This document shows, in pieces, positions 32,501-47,500 of a stretch of DNA of 64,000 nucleotides. The translations under genes and the position numbers were made by a program. The DNA comes from Nemertoderma westbladi (lineage: Eukaryota > Animalia > Xenacoelomorpha), in the NCBI GenBank assembly GCA_032718475.1, contig JAUCBJ010007849.1:1-64000 (forward strand), written 5' to 3'. Below the pieces are notes generated by a model. That model made no database searches. It was not told the DNA's origin and worked only from the letters and a program-made list of their open reading frames with translations. The number at the start of each line of letters is the position of its first letter. The stretch's first letter is position 1.

Positions 32501-35500
32501 CTATACAATTACTTTCACTTTCCACAGGTTGCTCCTATAGTCTCAATATTCTCTATACAATTACTTTCACTTTCCACAGGTTGCTCCTATAGTCTCAATA
32601 TTCTCTATACAATTACTTTCACTTTCCACAGGTTGCTCTTATAGTCTCAATATTATCTATACAATTACTTTCACTTTCCACAGGTTGCTCCTATAGTCTC
32701 AATATTCTCTATACAATTACTTTCACTTTCCACAGGTTGCTCCTATAGTCTCAATATTATCTATACAATTACTTTCACTTTCCACAGGTTGCTCCTATAG
32801 TCTCAATATTCTCTATACAATTACTTTCACTTTCCACAGGTTGCTCCTATAGTCTCAATATTATCTATACAATTACTTTCACTTTCCACAGGTTGCTCCT
32901 ATAGTCTCAATATTATCTATACAATTACTTTCACTTTCCACAGGTTGCTCTTATAGTCTCAATATTCTCTATACAATTACTTTCACTTTCCACAGGTTGC
33001 TCCTATAGTCTCAATATTCTCTATACAATTACTTTCACTTTCCACAGAGGCTCCTATAGTCTCAATATTCTCTATACAATTACTTTCACTTTCCACAGGT
33101 TGCTCCTATAGTCTCAATATTCTCTAAACAATTACTTTCAATTTCCACAGGTTGCTCCTATAGTCTCAATATTATCTATACAATTACTTTCACTTTCCAC
33201 AGGTTGCTCCTATAGTCTCAATATTATCTATACAATTACTTTCACTTTCCACAGGTTGCTCTTATAGTCTCAATATTCTCTATACAATTACTTTCACTTT
33301 CCACAGGTTGCTCCTATAGTCTCAATATTCTCTATACAATTACTTTCACTTTCCACAGGTTGCTCCTATAGTCTCAATATTATCTATACAATTACTTTCA
33401 CTTTCCACAGGTTGCTCCTATAGTCTCAATATTCTCTATACAATTACTTTCACTTTCCACAGGTTGCTCCTATAGTCTCAATATTCTCTATACAATTACT
33501 TTCACTTTCCACAGGTTGCTCCTATAGTCTCAATATTCTCTATACAATTACTTTCACTTTCCACAGGTTGCTCCTATAGTCTCAATATTCTCTAAACAAT
33601 TACTTTCACTTTCCACAGGTTGCTTCTATAGTCTCAATATTCTCTATACAATTACTTTCACTTTCCACAGGTTGCTCCTATAGTCTCAATATTCTCTATA
33701 CAATTACTTTCACTTTCCACAGGTTGCTCCTATAGTCTCAATATTCTCTAAACAATTACTTTCAATTTCCACAGGTTGCTCCTATAGTCTCAATATTCTC
33801 TATACAATTACTTTCACTTTCCACAGGTTGCTCCTATAGTCTCAATATTCTCTATACAATTACTTTCACTTTCCACAGGTTGCTCCTATAGTCTCAATAT
33901 TTTCTAAACAATTACTTTCAATTTCCACAGGTTGCTCCTATAGTCTCAATATTCTCTATACAATTACTTTCACTTTCCACAGGTTGCTCCTATAGTCTCA
34001 ATATTCTCTAATACAATTACTTTCACTTTCCACAGGTTGCTCCTATAGTCTCAATATTCTCTATACAATTACTTTCACTTTCCACAGGTTGCTCCTATAG
34101 TCTCAATATTCTCTAAACAATTACTTTCAATTTCCACAGGTTGCTCCTATAGTCTCAATATTCTCTATACAATTACTTTCACTTTCCACAGGTTGCTCCT
34201 ATAGTCTCAATATTATCTATACAATTACTTTCACTTTCCACAGGTTGCTCCTATAGTCTCAATATTCTCTAGAAAATTACTTTCACTTTCCACAGGTTGC
34301 TCCTATAGTCTCAATATTCTCTATACAATTACTTTCACTTTCCACAGGTTGCTCCTATAGTCTCAATATTCTCTATACAATTACTTTCACTTTCCACAGG
34401 TTGCTCCTATAGTCTCAATATTATCTATACAATTACTTTCACTTTCCACAGGTTGCTCCTATAGTCTCAATATTCTCTATACAATTACTTTCACTTTCCA
34501 CAGGTTGCTCCTATAGTCTCAATATTCTCTATACAATTACTTTCACTTTCCACAGGTTGCTCCTATAGGCTCAATATTCTCTATACAATTACTTTCACTT
34601 TCCACGAGTTGCTCCTATAGTCTCAATATTCTCTATACAATTACTTTCACTTTCCACAGGTTGCTCCTATGGTCTCAATATTCTCTATACAATTACTTTC
34701 ACTTTCCACAGGTTGCTTCTATAGTCTCAATATTCTCTATACAATTACTTTCACTTTCCACGAGTTGCTCCTATAGTCTCAATATTCTCTATACAATTAC
34801 TTTCACTTTCCACAGGTTGCTCCTATAGTCTCAATATTCTCTATACAATTACTTTCACTTTCCACAGGTTGCTCCTATAACCTCAATATTCTCTATACAA
34901 TTACTTTCACTTTCCACAGGTTGCTCCTATAGTCTCAATATTCTCTATACAATTACTTTCACTTTCCACAAGTGGCTCCTATAGTCTCAATATTATCTAT
35001 ACAATTACTTTCACTTTCCACAAGTGGCTCCTATAGTCTCAATATTCTCTATACAATTACTTTCACTTTCCACAAGTGGCTCCTATAGTCTCAATATTCT
35101 CTATACAATTACTTTCACTTTCCACAAGTGGCTCCTATAGTCTCAATATTCTCTATACAATTACTTTCACTTTCCACAAGTGGCTCCTATAGTCTCAATA
35201 TTATCTATACAATTACTTTCACTTTCCACGAGTTGCTCCTATAGACTCAATATTATCTATACAATTACTTTCACTTTCCACAGGTTGCTCCTATAGTCTC
35301 AATATTCTCTATACAATTACTTTCACTTTCCACAGGTTGCTTCTATAGTCTCAATATTCTCTATACAATTACTTTCACTTTCCACGAGATGCTCCTATAG
35401 TCTCAATATTCTCTATACAATTACTTTCACTTTCCACAGGTTGCTCCTATAGTCTCAATATTCTCTATACAATTACTTTCACTTTCCACAGGTTGCTTCT

Positions 35501-38500
35501 ATAGTCTCAATATTCTCTATACAATTACTTTCACTTTCCACGAGTTGCTCCTATAGTCTCAATATTCTCTATACAATTACTTTCACTTTCCACAGGTTGC
35601 TCCTATAGTCTCAATATTCTCTATACAATTACTTTCACTTTCCACAGGTTGCTCCTATAGTCTCAATATTATCTATACAATTACTTTCACTTTCCACAAG
35701 TGGCTCCTATAGTCTCAATATTCTCTATACAATTACTTTCACTTTCCACGAGTTGCTCCTATAGTCTCAATATTCTCTATACAATTACTTTCACTTTCCA
35801 CAGGTTGCTCCTATAGTCTCAATATTCTCTATACAATTACTTTCACTTTCCACAGGTTGCTCCTATAGTCTCAATATTCTCTATACAATTACTTTCACTT
35901 TCCACAGGTTGCTCCTATAGTCTCAATATTCTCTATACAATTACTTTCACTTTCCACAGGTTGCTCCTATAGTCTCAATATTCTCTATACAATTACTTTC
36001 ACTTTCCACAGGTTGCTCCTATAGTCTCAATATTCTCTATACAATTACTTTCACTTTCCACAGGTTGCTCCTATAGTCTCAATATTCTCTATACAATTAC
36101 TTTCACTTTCCACAGGTTGCTCCTATAGTCTCAATATTCTCTATACAATTACTTTCACTTTCCACAGGTTGCTCCTATAGTCTCAATATTCTCTATACAA
36201 TTACTTTCACTTTCCACAGGTTGCTCCTATAGTCTCAATATTCTCTATACAATTACTTTCACTTTCCACAGGTTGCTCCTATAGTCTCAATATTCTCTAT
36301 ACAATTACTTTCACTTTCCACAGGTTGCTCCTATAGTCTCAATATTCTCTATACAATTACTTTCACTTTCCACAGGTTGCTCCTATAGTCTCAATATTCT
36401 CTATACAATTACTTTCACTTTCCACAGGTTGCTCCTATAGTCTCAATATTCTCTATACAATTACTTTCACTTTCCACAGGTTGCTCCTATAGTCTCAATA
36501 TTCTCTATACAATTACTTTCACTTTCCACAGGTTGCTCCTATAGTCTCAATATTCTCTATACAATTACTTTCACTTTCCACAGGTTGCTCCTATAGTCTC
36601 AATATTATCTATACAATTACTTTCACTTTCCACGAGTTGCTCCTATAGTCTCAATATTCTCTATACAATTACTTTCACTTTCCACAGGTTGCTTTTATAG
36701 TCTCAATATTCTCTATACAATTACTTTCACTTTCCACAGCTCCTATAGTCTCAATATTCTCTATACAATTACTTTCACTTTCCACAGGTTGCTCCTATAG
36801 TCTCAATATTCTCTAAACAATTACTTTCAATTTCCACAGGTTGCTCCTATAGTCTCAATATTCTCTATACAATTACTTTCACTTTCCACAGGTTGCTCCT
36901 ATAGTCTCAATATTATCTATACAATTACTTTCACTTTCCACAGGTTGCTCCTATAGTCTCAATATTCTCTATAAAATTACTTTCACTTTCCACAGGTTGC
37001 TCCTATAGTCTCAATATTCTCTATACAATTACTTTCACTTTCCACAGGTTGCTCCTATAGTCTCAATATTCTCTATACAATTACTTTCACTTTCCACAGG
37101 TTGCTCCTATAGTCTCAATATTATCTATACAATTACTTTCACTTTCCACAGGTTGCTCCTATAGTCTCAATATTCTCTATACAATTACTTTCACTTTCCA
37201 CAGGTTGCTCCTATAGTCTCAATATTCTCTATACAATTACTTTCACTTTCCACAGGTTGCTCCTATAGGCTCAATATTCTCTATACAATTACTTTCACTT
37301 TCCACGAGTTGCTCCTATAGTCTCAATATTCTCTATACAATTACTTTCACTTTCCACAGGTTGCTCCTATAGTCTCAATATTCTCTATACAATTACTTTC
37401 ACTTTCCACAGGTTGCTTCTATAGTCTCAATATTCTCTATACAATTACTTTCACTTTCCACGAGTTGCTCCTATAGTCTCAATATTCTCTATACAATTAC
37501 TTTCACTTTCCACAGGTTGCTCCTATAGTCTCAATATTCTCTATACAATTACTTTCACTTTCCACAGGTTGCTCCTATAACCTCAATATTCTCTATACAA
37601 TTACTTTCACTTTCCACAGGTTGCTCCTATAGTCTCAATATTCTCTATACAATTACTTTCACTTTCCACAAGTGGTTCCTATAGTCTCAATATTATCTAT
37701 ACAATTACTTTCACTTTCCACAAGTGGCTCCTATAGTCTCAATATTCTCTATACAATTACTTTCACTTTCCACAAGTGGCTCCTATAGTCTCAATATTCT
37801 CTATACAATTACTTTCACTTTCCACAAGTGGCTCCTATAGTCTCAATATTCTCTATACAATTACTTTCACTTTCCACAAGTGGCTCCTATAGTCTCAATA
37901 TTATCTATACAATTACTTTCACTTTCCACGAGTTGCTCCTATAGACTCAATATTATCTATACAATTACTTTCACTTTCCACAGGTTGCTCCTATAGTCTC
38001 AATATTCTCTATACAATTACTTTCACTTTCCACAGGTTGCTTCTATAGTCTCAATATTCTCTATACAATTACTTTCACTTTCCACGAGATGCTCCTATAG
38101 TCTCAATATTCTCTATACAATTACTTTCACTTTCCACAGGTTGCTCCTATAGTCTCAATATTCTCTATACAATTACTTTCACTTTCCACAGGTTGCTTCT
38201 ATAGTCTCAATATTCTCTATACAATTACTTTCACTTTCCACGAGTTGCTCCTATAGTCTCAATATTCTCTATACAATTACTTTCACTTTCCACAGGTTGC
38301 TCCTATAGTCTCAATATTCTCTATACAATTACTTTCACTTTCCACAGGTTGCTCCTATAGTCTCAATATTATCTATACAATTACTTTCACTTTCCACAAG
38401 TGGCTCCTATAGTCTCAATATTCTCTATACAATTACTTTCACTTTCCACGAGTTGCTCCTATAGTCTCAATATTCTCTATACAATTACTTTCACTTTCCA

Positions 38501-41500
38501 CAGGTTGCTCCTATAGTCTCAATATTCTCTATACAATTACTTTCACTTTCCACAGGTTGCTCCTATAGTCTCAATATTCTCTATACAATTACTTTCACTT
38601 TCCACAGGTTGCTCCTATAGTCTCAATATTCTCTATACAATTACTTTCACTTTCCACAGGTTGCTCCTATAGTCTCAATATTCTCTATACAATTACTTTC
38701 ACTTTCCACAGGTTGCTCCTATAGTCTCAATATTCTCTATACAATTACTTTCACTTTCCACAGGTTGCTCCTATAGTCTCAATATTCTCTATACAATTAC
38801 TTTCACTTTCCACAGGTTGCTCCTATAGTCTCAATATTCTCTATACAATTACTTTCACTTTCCACAGGTTGCTCCTATAGTCTCAATATTCTCTATACAA
38901 TTACTTTCACTTTCCACAGGTTGCTCCTATAGTCTCAATATTCTCTATACAATTACTTTCACTTTCCACAGGTTGCTCCTATAGTCTCAATATTCTCTAT
39001 ACAATTACTTTCACTTTCCACAGGTTGCTCCTATAGTCTCAATATTCTCTATACAATTACTTTCACTTTCCACAGGTTGCTCCTATAGTCTCAATATTCT
39101 CTATACAATTACTTTCACTTTCCACAGGTTGCTCCTATAGTCTCAATATTCTCTATACAATTACTTTCACTTTCCACAGGTTGCTCCTATAGTCTCAATA
39201 TTCTCTATACAATTACTTTCACTTTCCACAGGTTGCTCCTATAGTCTCAATATTCTCTAAACAATTACTTTCACTTTCCACAGGTTGCTCCTATAGTCTC
39301 AATATTCTCTATACAATTACTTTCACTTTCCACGAGTTGCTCCTATAGTCTCAATATTCTCTATACAATTACTTTCACTTTCCACAGGTTGCTTCTATAG
39401 TCTCAATATTCTCTATACAATTACTTTCACTTTCCACAGTGCTCCTATAGTCTCAATATTCTCTATACAATTACTTTCACTTTCCACAGGTTGCTTCTAT
39501 AGTCTCAATATTCTCTATACAATTACTTTCACTTTCCACAGGTTGCTCCTATATACTCAATATTCTCTATACAATTACTTTCACTTTCCACAGGTTGCTT
39601 CTATAGTCTCAATATTCTCTATACAATTACTTTCACTTTCCACAGGTTGCTCCTATATACTCAATATTCTCTATACAATTACTTTCACTTTCCACAGGTT
39701 GCTCCTATAGTCTCAATATTCTCTATACAATTACTTTCACTTTCCACAGGTTGCTTCTATAGTCTCAATATTCTCTATACAATTACTTTCACTTTCCACA
39801 GGTTGCTCCTATAGTACTCAATATTCTCTATACAATTACTTTCACTTTCCACAGGTTGCTCCTATAGTCTCAATATTCTCTAATACAATTACTTTCACTT
39901 TCCACAGGTTGCTCCTATAGTCTCAATATTCTCTATACAATTACTTTCACTTTCCACAGGTTGCTCCTATAGTCTCAATATTCTCTAAACAATTACTTTC
40001 AATTTCCACAGGTTGCTCCTATAGTCTCAATATTCTCTATACAATTACTTTCACTTTCCACAGGTTGCTCCTATAGTCTCAATATTCTCTAAACAATTAC
40101 TTTCAATTTCCACAAGTGGCTCCTATAGTCTCAATATTCTCTATACAATTACTTTCACTTTCCACAGGTTGCTCCTATAGTCTCAATATTCTCTATACAA
40201 TTACTTTCACTTTCCACAGGTTGCTCCTATAGTCTCAATATTCTCTATACAATTACTTTCAATTTCCACAGGTTGCTCCTATAGTCTCAATATTCTCTAT
40301 ACAATTACTTTCACTTTCCACAGGTTGCTCCTATAGTCTCAATATTCTCTAATACAATTACTTTCACTTTCCACAGGTTGCTCCTATAGTCTCAATATTC
40401 TCTATACAATTACTTTCACTTTCCACAGGTTGCTCCTATAGTCTCAATATTCTCTAAACAATTACTTTCAATTTCCACAGGTTGCTCCTATAGTCTCAAT
40501 ATTCTCTATACAATTACTTTCACTTTCCACAGGTTGCTCCTATAGTCTCAATATTCTCTATACAATTACTTTCACTTTCCACAGGTTGCTCCTATAGTCT
40601 CAATATTCTCTAATACAATTACTTTGACTTTCCACGAGTTGCTCCTATAGTCTCAATATTCTCTATACAATTACTTTCACTTTCCACAGGTTGCTCCTAT
40701 AGTCTCAATATTCTCTATACAATTACTTTCACTTTCCACAGGTTGCTTCTATAGTCTCAATATTCTCTATACAATTACTTTCACTTTCCACGAGTTGCTC
40801 CTATAGTCTCAATATTCTCTATACAATTACTTTCACTTTCCACAGGTTGCTCCTATAGTCTCAATATTCTCTATACAATTACTTTCACTTTCCACAGGTT
40901 GCTCCTATAGTCTCAATATTCTCTATACAATTACTTTCACTTTCCACAGGTTGCTTCTATAGTCTCAATATTCTCTATACAATTACTTTCACTTTCCACA
41001 GGTTGCTCCTATAGTACTCAATATTCTCTATACAATTACTTTCACTTTCCACAGGTTGCTCTTATAGTCTCAATATTCTCTATACAATTACTTTCACTTT
41101 CCACAGGTTGCTCCTATAGTCTCAATATTCTCTATACAATTACTTTCACTTTCCACAGGTTGCTCCTATAGACTCAATATTCTCTAAACAATTACTTTCA
41201 ATTTCCACAGGTTGCTCTTATAGTCTCAATATTCTCTATACAATTACTTTCACTTTCCACAGGTTGCTCCTATAGTCTCAATATTATCTATACAATTACT
41301 TTCACTTTCCACAGGTTGCTCCTATAGACTCAATATTCTCTAAACAATTACTTTCAATTTCCACAGGTTGCTCTTATAGTCTCAATATTCTCTATACAAT
41401 TACTTTCACTTTCCACAGGTTGCTCCTATAGTCTCAATATTCTCTATACAATTACTTTCACTTTCCACAGGTTGCTCCTATAGTCTCAATATTCTCTATA

Positions 41501-44500
41501 CAATTACTTTCACTTTCCACAGGTTGCTCCTATAACCTCAATATTATCTATACAATTACTTTCACTTTCCACAGGTTGCTCCTATAGACTCAATATTCTC
41601 TATACAATTACTTTCACTTTCCACAGGTTGCTCCTATAGTCTCAATATTCTCTATACAATTACTTTCACTTTCCACAGGTTGCTCCTATAGTCTCAATAT
41701 TCTCTATACAATTACTTTCACTTTCCACAGGTTGCTCCTATAGTCTCAATATTCTCTATACAATTACTTTCACTTTCCACAGGTTGCTCCTATAGTCTCA
41801 ATATTCTCTATACAATTACTTTCACTTTCCACAGGTTGCTCCTATAACCTCAATATTATCTATACAATTACTTTCACTTTCCACAGGTTGCTCCTATAAC
41901 CTCAATATTATCTATACAATTACTTTCACTTTCCACGAATTGCTCCTATAGACTCAATATTCTCTATACAATTACTTTCAATTTCCACAGGTTGCTCCTA
42001 TAGTCTCAATATTCTCTATACAATTACTTTCACTTTCCACAGGTTGCTCTTATAGTCTCAATATTCTCTATACAATTACTTTCACTTTCCACAGGTTGCT
42101 CCTATAGTCTCAATATTCTCTATACAATTACTTTCACTTTCCACAGGTTGCTCCTATAACCTCAATATTATCTATACAATTACTTTCACTTTCCACAGGT
42201 TGCTCCTATAACCTCAATATTATCTATACAATTACTTTCACTTTCCACGAATTGCTCCTATAGACTCAATATTCTCTATACAATTACTTTCAATTTCCAC
42301 AGGTTGCTCCTATAGTCTCAATATTATCTATACAATTACTTTCACTTTCCACAGGTTGCTCTTATAGTCTCAATATTCTCTATACAATTACTTTCACTTT
42401 CCACAGGTTGCTCCTATAGTCTCAATATTCTCTATACAATTACTTTCACTTTCCACAGGTTGCTCCTATAGTCTCAATATTCTCTATACAATTACTTTCA
42501 CTTTCCACAGGTTGCTCCTATAACCTCAATATTATCTATACAATTACTTTCACTTTCCACAGGTTGCTCCTATAACCTCAATATTATCTATACAATTACT
42601 TTCACTTTCCACGAATTGCTCCTATAGACTCAATATTCTCTATACAATTACTTTCAATTTCCACAGGTTGCTCCTATAGTCTCAATATTCTCTATACAAT
42701 TACTTTCACTTTCCACAGGTTGCTCTTATAGTCTCAATATTCTCTATACAATTACTTTCACTTTCCACAGGTTGCTCCTATAGTCTCAATATTCTCTATA
42801 CAATTACTTTCACTTTCCACAGGTTGCTCCTATAACCTCAATATTATCTATACAATTACTTTCACTTTCCACAGGTTGCTCCTATAACCTCAATATTATC
42901 TATACAATTACTTTCACTTTCCACGAATTGCTCCTATAGACTCAATATTCTCTATACAATTACTTTCAATTTCCACAGGTTGCTCCTATAGTCTCAATAT
43001 TATCTATACAATTACTTTCACTTTCCACAGGTTGCTCTTATAGTCTCAATATTCTCTATACAATTACTTTCACTTTCCACAGGTTGCTCCTATAGTCTCA
43101 ATATTCTCTATACAATTACTTTCACTTTCCACAGGTTGCTCCTATAGTCTCAATATTCTCTATACAATTACTTTCACTTTCCACAGGTTGCTTCTATAGT
43201 CTCAATATTCTCTATACAATTACTTTCACTTTCCACAGGTTGCTCCTATAGACTCAATATTCTCTATACAATTACTTTCACTTTCCACGAATTGCTCCTA
43301 TAGTCTCAATATTCTCTAAACAATTACTTTCAATTTCCACAGGTTGCTCCTATAGTCTCAATATTCTCTATACAATTACTTTCACTTTCCACAGGTTGCT
43401 CCTATAGGCTCAATATTCTCTAATACAATTACTTTCAATTTCCACAGGTTGCTCTTATAGTCTCAATATTCTCTATACAATTACTTTCACTTTCCACAGG
43501 TTGCTCCTATAGTCTCAATATTCTCTATACAATTACTTTCACTTTCCACAGGTTGCTCCTATAGGCTCAATATTCTCTAATACAATTACTTTCAATTTCC
43601 ACAGGTTGCTCTTATAGTCTCAATATTCTCTATACAATTACTTTCACTTTCCAAAGGTTGCTCTTATAGTCTCAATATTCTCTATACAATTACTTTCACT
43701 TTCCACAGGTTGCTTCTATAGTCTCAATATTCTCTATACAATTACTTTCACTTTCCACAGGTTGCTCCTATAGACTCAATATTCTCTATACAATTACTTT
43801 CACTTTCCACAGGTTGCTCCTATAGGCTCAATATTCTCTAATACAATTACTTTCAATTTCCACAGGTTGCTCTTATAGTCTCAATATTCTCTATACAATT
43901 ACTTTCACTTTCCAAAGGTTGCTCTTATAGTCTCAATATTCTCTATACAATTACTTTCACTTTCCACAGGTTGCTTCTATAGTCTCAATATTCTCTATAC
44001 AATTACTTTCACTTTCCACAGGTTGCTCCTATAGGCTCAATATTCTCTAATACAATTACTTTCAATTTCCACAGGTTGCTCTTATAGTCTCAATATTCTC
44101 TATACAATTACTTTCACTTTCCAAAGGTTGCTCTTATAGTCTCAATATTCTCTATACAATTACTTTCACTTTCCACAAGTTGCTCCTATAGTCTCAATAT
44201 TCTCTATACAATTACTTTCACTTTCCACAGGTTGCTCCTATAGTCTCAATATTCTCTATACAATTACTTTCACTTTCCACAGGTTGCTCCTATAGTCTCA
44301 ATATTCTCTATACAATTACTTTCACTTTCCACAGGTTGCTTCTATAGTCTCAATATTCTCTATACAATTACTTTCACTTTCCACAGGTTGCTCCTATAGA
44401 CTCAATATTCTCTATACAATTACTTTCACTTTCCACGAATTGCTCTTATAGTCTCAATATTCTCTATACAATTACTTTCACTTTCCACAGGTTGCTCCTA

Positions 44501-47500
44501 TAGTCTCAATATTCTCTATACAATTACTTTCACTTTCCACAGGTTGCTCCTATAGACTCAATATTCTCTAAACAATTACTTTCAATTTCCACAGGTTGCT
44601 CTTATAGTCTCAATATTCTCTATACAATTACTTTCACTTTCCACAGGTTGCTCCTATAGTCTCAATATTATCTATACAATTACTTTCACTTTCCACAGGT
44701 TGCTCCTATAGACTCAATATTCTCTAAACAATTACTTTCAATTTCCACAGGTTGCTCTTATAGTCTCAATATTCTCTATACAATTACTTTCACTTTCCAC
44801 AGGTTGCTCCTATAGTCTCAATATTCTCTATACAATTACTTTCACTTTCCACAGGTTGCTCCTATAGTCTCAATATTCTCTATACAATTACTTTCACTTT
44901 CCACAGGTTGCTCCTATAACCTCAATATTATCTATACAATTACTTTCACTTTCCACAGGTTGCTCCTATAGACTCAATATTCTCTATACAATTACTTTCA
45001 CTTTCCACAGGTTGCTCCTATAGTCTCAATATTCTCTATACAATTACTTTCACTTTCCACAGGTTGCTCCTATAGTCTCAATATTCTCTATACAATTACT
45101 TTCACTTTCCACAGGTTGCTCCTATAGTCTCAATATTCTCTATACAATTACTTTCACTTTCCACAGGTTGCTCCTATAGTCTCAATATTCTCTATACAAT
45201 TACTTTCACTTTCCACAGGTTGCTCCTATAACCTCAATATTATCTATACAATTACTTTCACTTTCCACAGGTTGCTCCTATAACCTCAATATTATCTATA
45301 CAATTACTTTCACTTTCCACGAATTGCTCCTATAGACTCAATATTCTCTATACAATTACTTTCAATTTCCACAGGTTGCTCTTATAGTCTCAATATTCTC
45401 TATACAATTACTTTCACTTTCCACAGGTTGCTCCTATAGTCTCAATATTCTCTATACAATTACTTTCACTTTCCACAGGTTGCTCCTATAGTCTCAATAT
45501 TCTCTATACAATTACTTTCACTTTCCACAGGTTGCTTCTATAGTCTCAATATTCTCTATACAATTACTTTCACTTTCCACAGGTTGCTCCTATAGACTCA
45601 ATATTCTCTATACAATTACTTTCACTTTCCACGAATTGCTCCTATAGTCTCAATATTCTCTAAACAATTACTTTCAATTTCCACAGGTTGCTCCTATAGT
45701 CTCAATATTCTCTATACAATTACTTTCACTTTCCACAGGTTGCTCCTATAGGCTCAATATTCTCTAATACAATTACTTTCAATTTCCACAGGTTGCTCTT
45801 ATAGTCTCAATATTCTCTATACAATTACTTTCAATTTCCACAGGTTGCTCCTATAGTCTCAATATTCTCTATACAATTACTTTCACTTTCCACAGGTTGC
45901 TTCTATAGTCTCAATATTCTCTAAACAATTACTTTCACTTTCCACAGGTTGCTCCTATAGGCTCAATATTCTCTAATACAATTACTTTCAATTTCCACAG
46001 GTTGCTCTTATAGTCTCAATATTCTCTATACAATTACTTTCAATTTCCACAGGTTGCTCCTATAGTCTCAATATTCTCTATACAATTACTTTCACTTTCC
46101 ACAGGTTGCTCCTATAGGCTCAATATTCTCTAATACAATTACTTTCAATTTCCACAGGTTGCTCTTATAGTCTCAATATTCTCTATACAATTACTTTCAA
46201 TTTCCACAGGTTGCTCCTATAGTCTCAATATTCTCTATACAATTACTTTCACTTTCCACAGGTTGCTCCTATAGTCTCAATATTCTCTATACAATTACTT
46301 TCACTTTCCACAGGTTGCTCCTATAGGCTCAATATTCTCTAATACAATTACTTTGACTTTCCACGAGTTGCTCCTATAGTCTCAATATTCTCTATACAAT
46401 TACTTTCACTTTCCACAGGTTGCTCCTATAGTCTCAATATTCTCTATACAATTACTTTCACTTTCCACAGGTTGCTACTATAGTCTCAATATTCTCTAAA
46501 CAATTACTTTCAATTTCCACAGGTTGCTCCTATAGTCTCAATATTCTCTATACAATTACTTTCACTTTCCACAGGTTGCTCCTATAGTCTCAATATTCTC
46601 TATACAATTACTTTCACTTTCCACAGGTTGCTCCTATAGGCTCAATATTCTCTAATACAATTACTTTGACTTTCCACGAGTTGCTCCTATAGTCTCAATA
46701 TTCTCTATACAATTACTTTCACTTTCCACAGGTTGCTTCTATAGACTCAATATTCTCTAAACAATTACTTTCACTTTCCACAGGTTGCTCCTATAGTCTC
46801 AATATTCTCTATACAATTACTTTCACTTTCCACAAGTTGCTTCTATAGTCTCAATATTCTCTATACAATTACTTTCACTTTCCACAGGTTGCTTCTATAG
46901 TCTCAATATTCTCTATACAATTACTTTCACTTTCCACAGGTTGCTCCTATAGACTCAATATTCTCTATACAATTACTTTCACTTTCCACGAATTGCTCCT
47001 ATAGTCTCAATATTCTCTAAACAATTACTTTCAATTTCCACAGGTTGCTCCTATAGTCTCAATATTCTCTATACAATTACTTTCACTTTCCACAGGTTGC
47101 TCCTATAGGCTCAATATTCTCTAATACAATTACTTTCAATTTCCACAGGTTGCTCTTATAGTCTCAATATTCTCTATACAATTACTTTCAATTTCCACAG
47201 GTTGCTCCTATAGTCTCAATATTCTCTATACAATTACTTTCACTTTCCACAGGTTGCTTCTATAGTCTCAATATTCTCTAAACAATTACTTTCACTTTCC
47301 ACAGGTTGCTCCTATAGGCTCAATATTCTCTAATACAATTACTTTCAATTTCCACAGGTTGCTCTTATAGTCTCAATATTCTCTATACAATTACTTTCAA
47401 TTTCCACAGGTTGCTCCTATAGTCTCAATATTCTCTATACAATTACTTTCACTTTCCACAGGTTGCTCCTATAGGCTCAATATTCTCTAATACAATTACT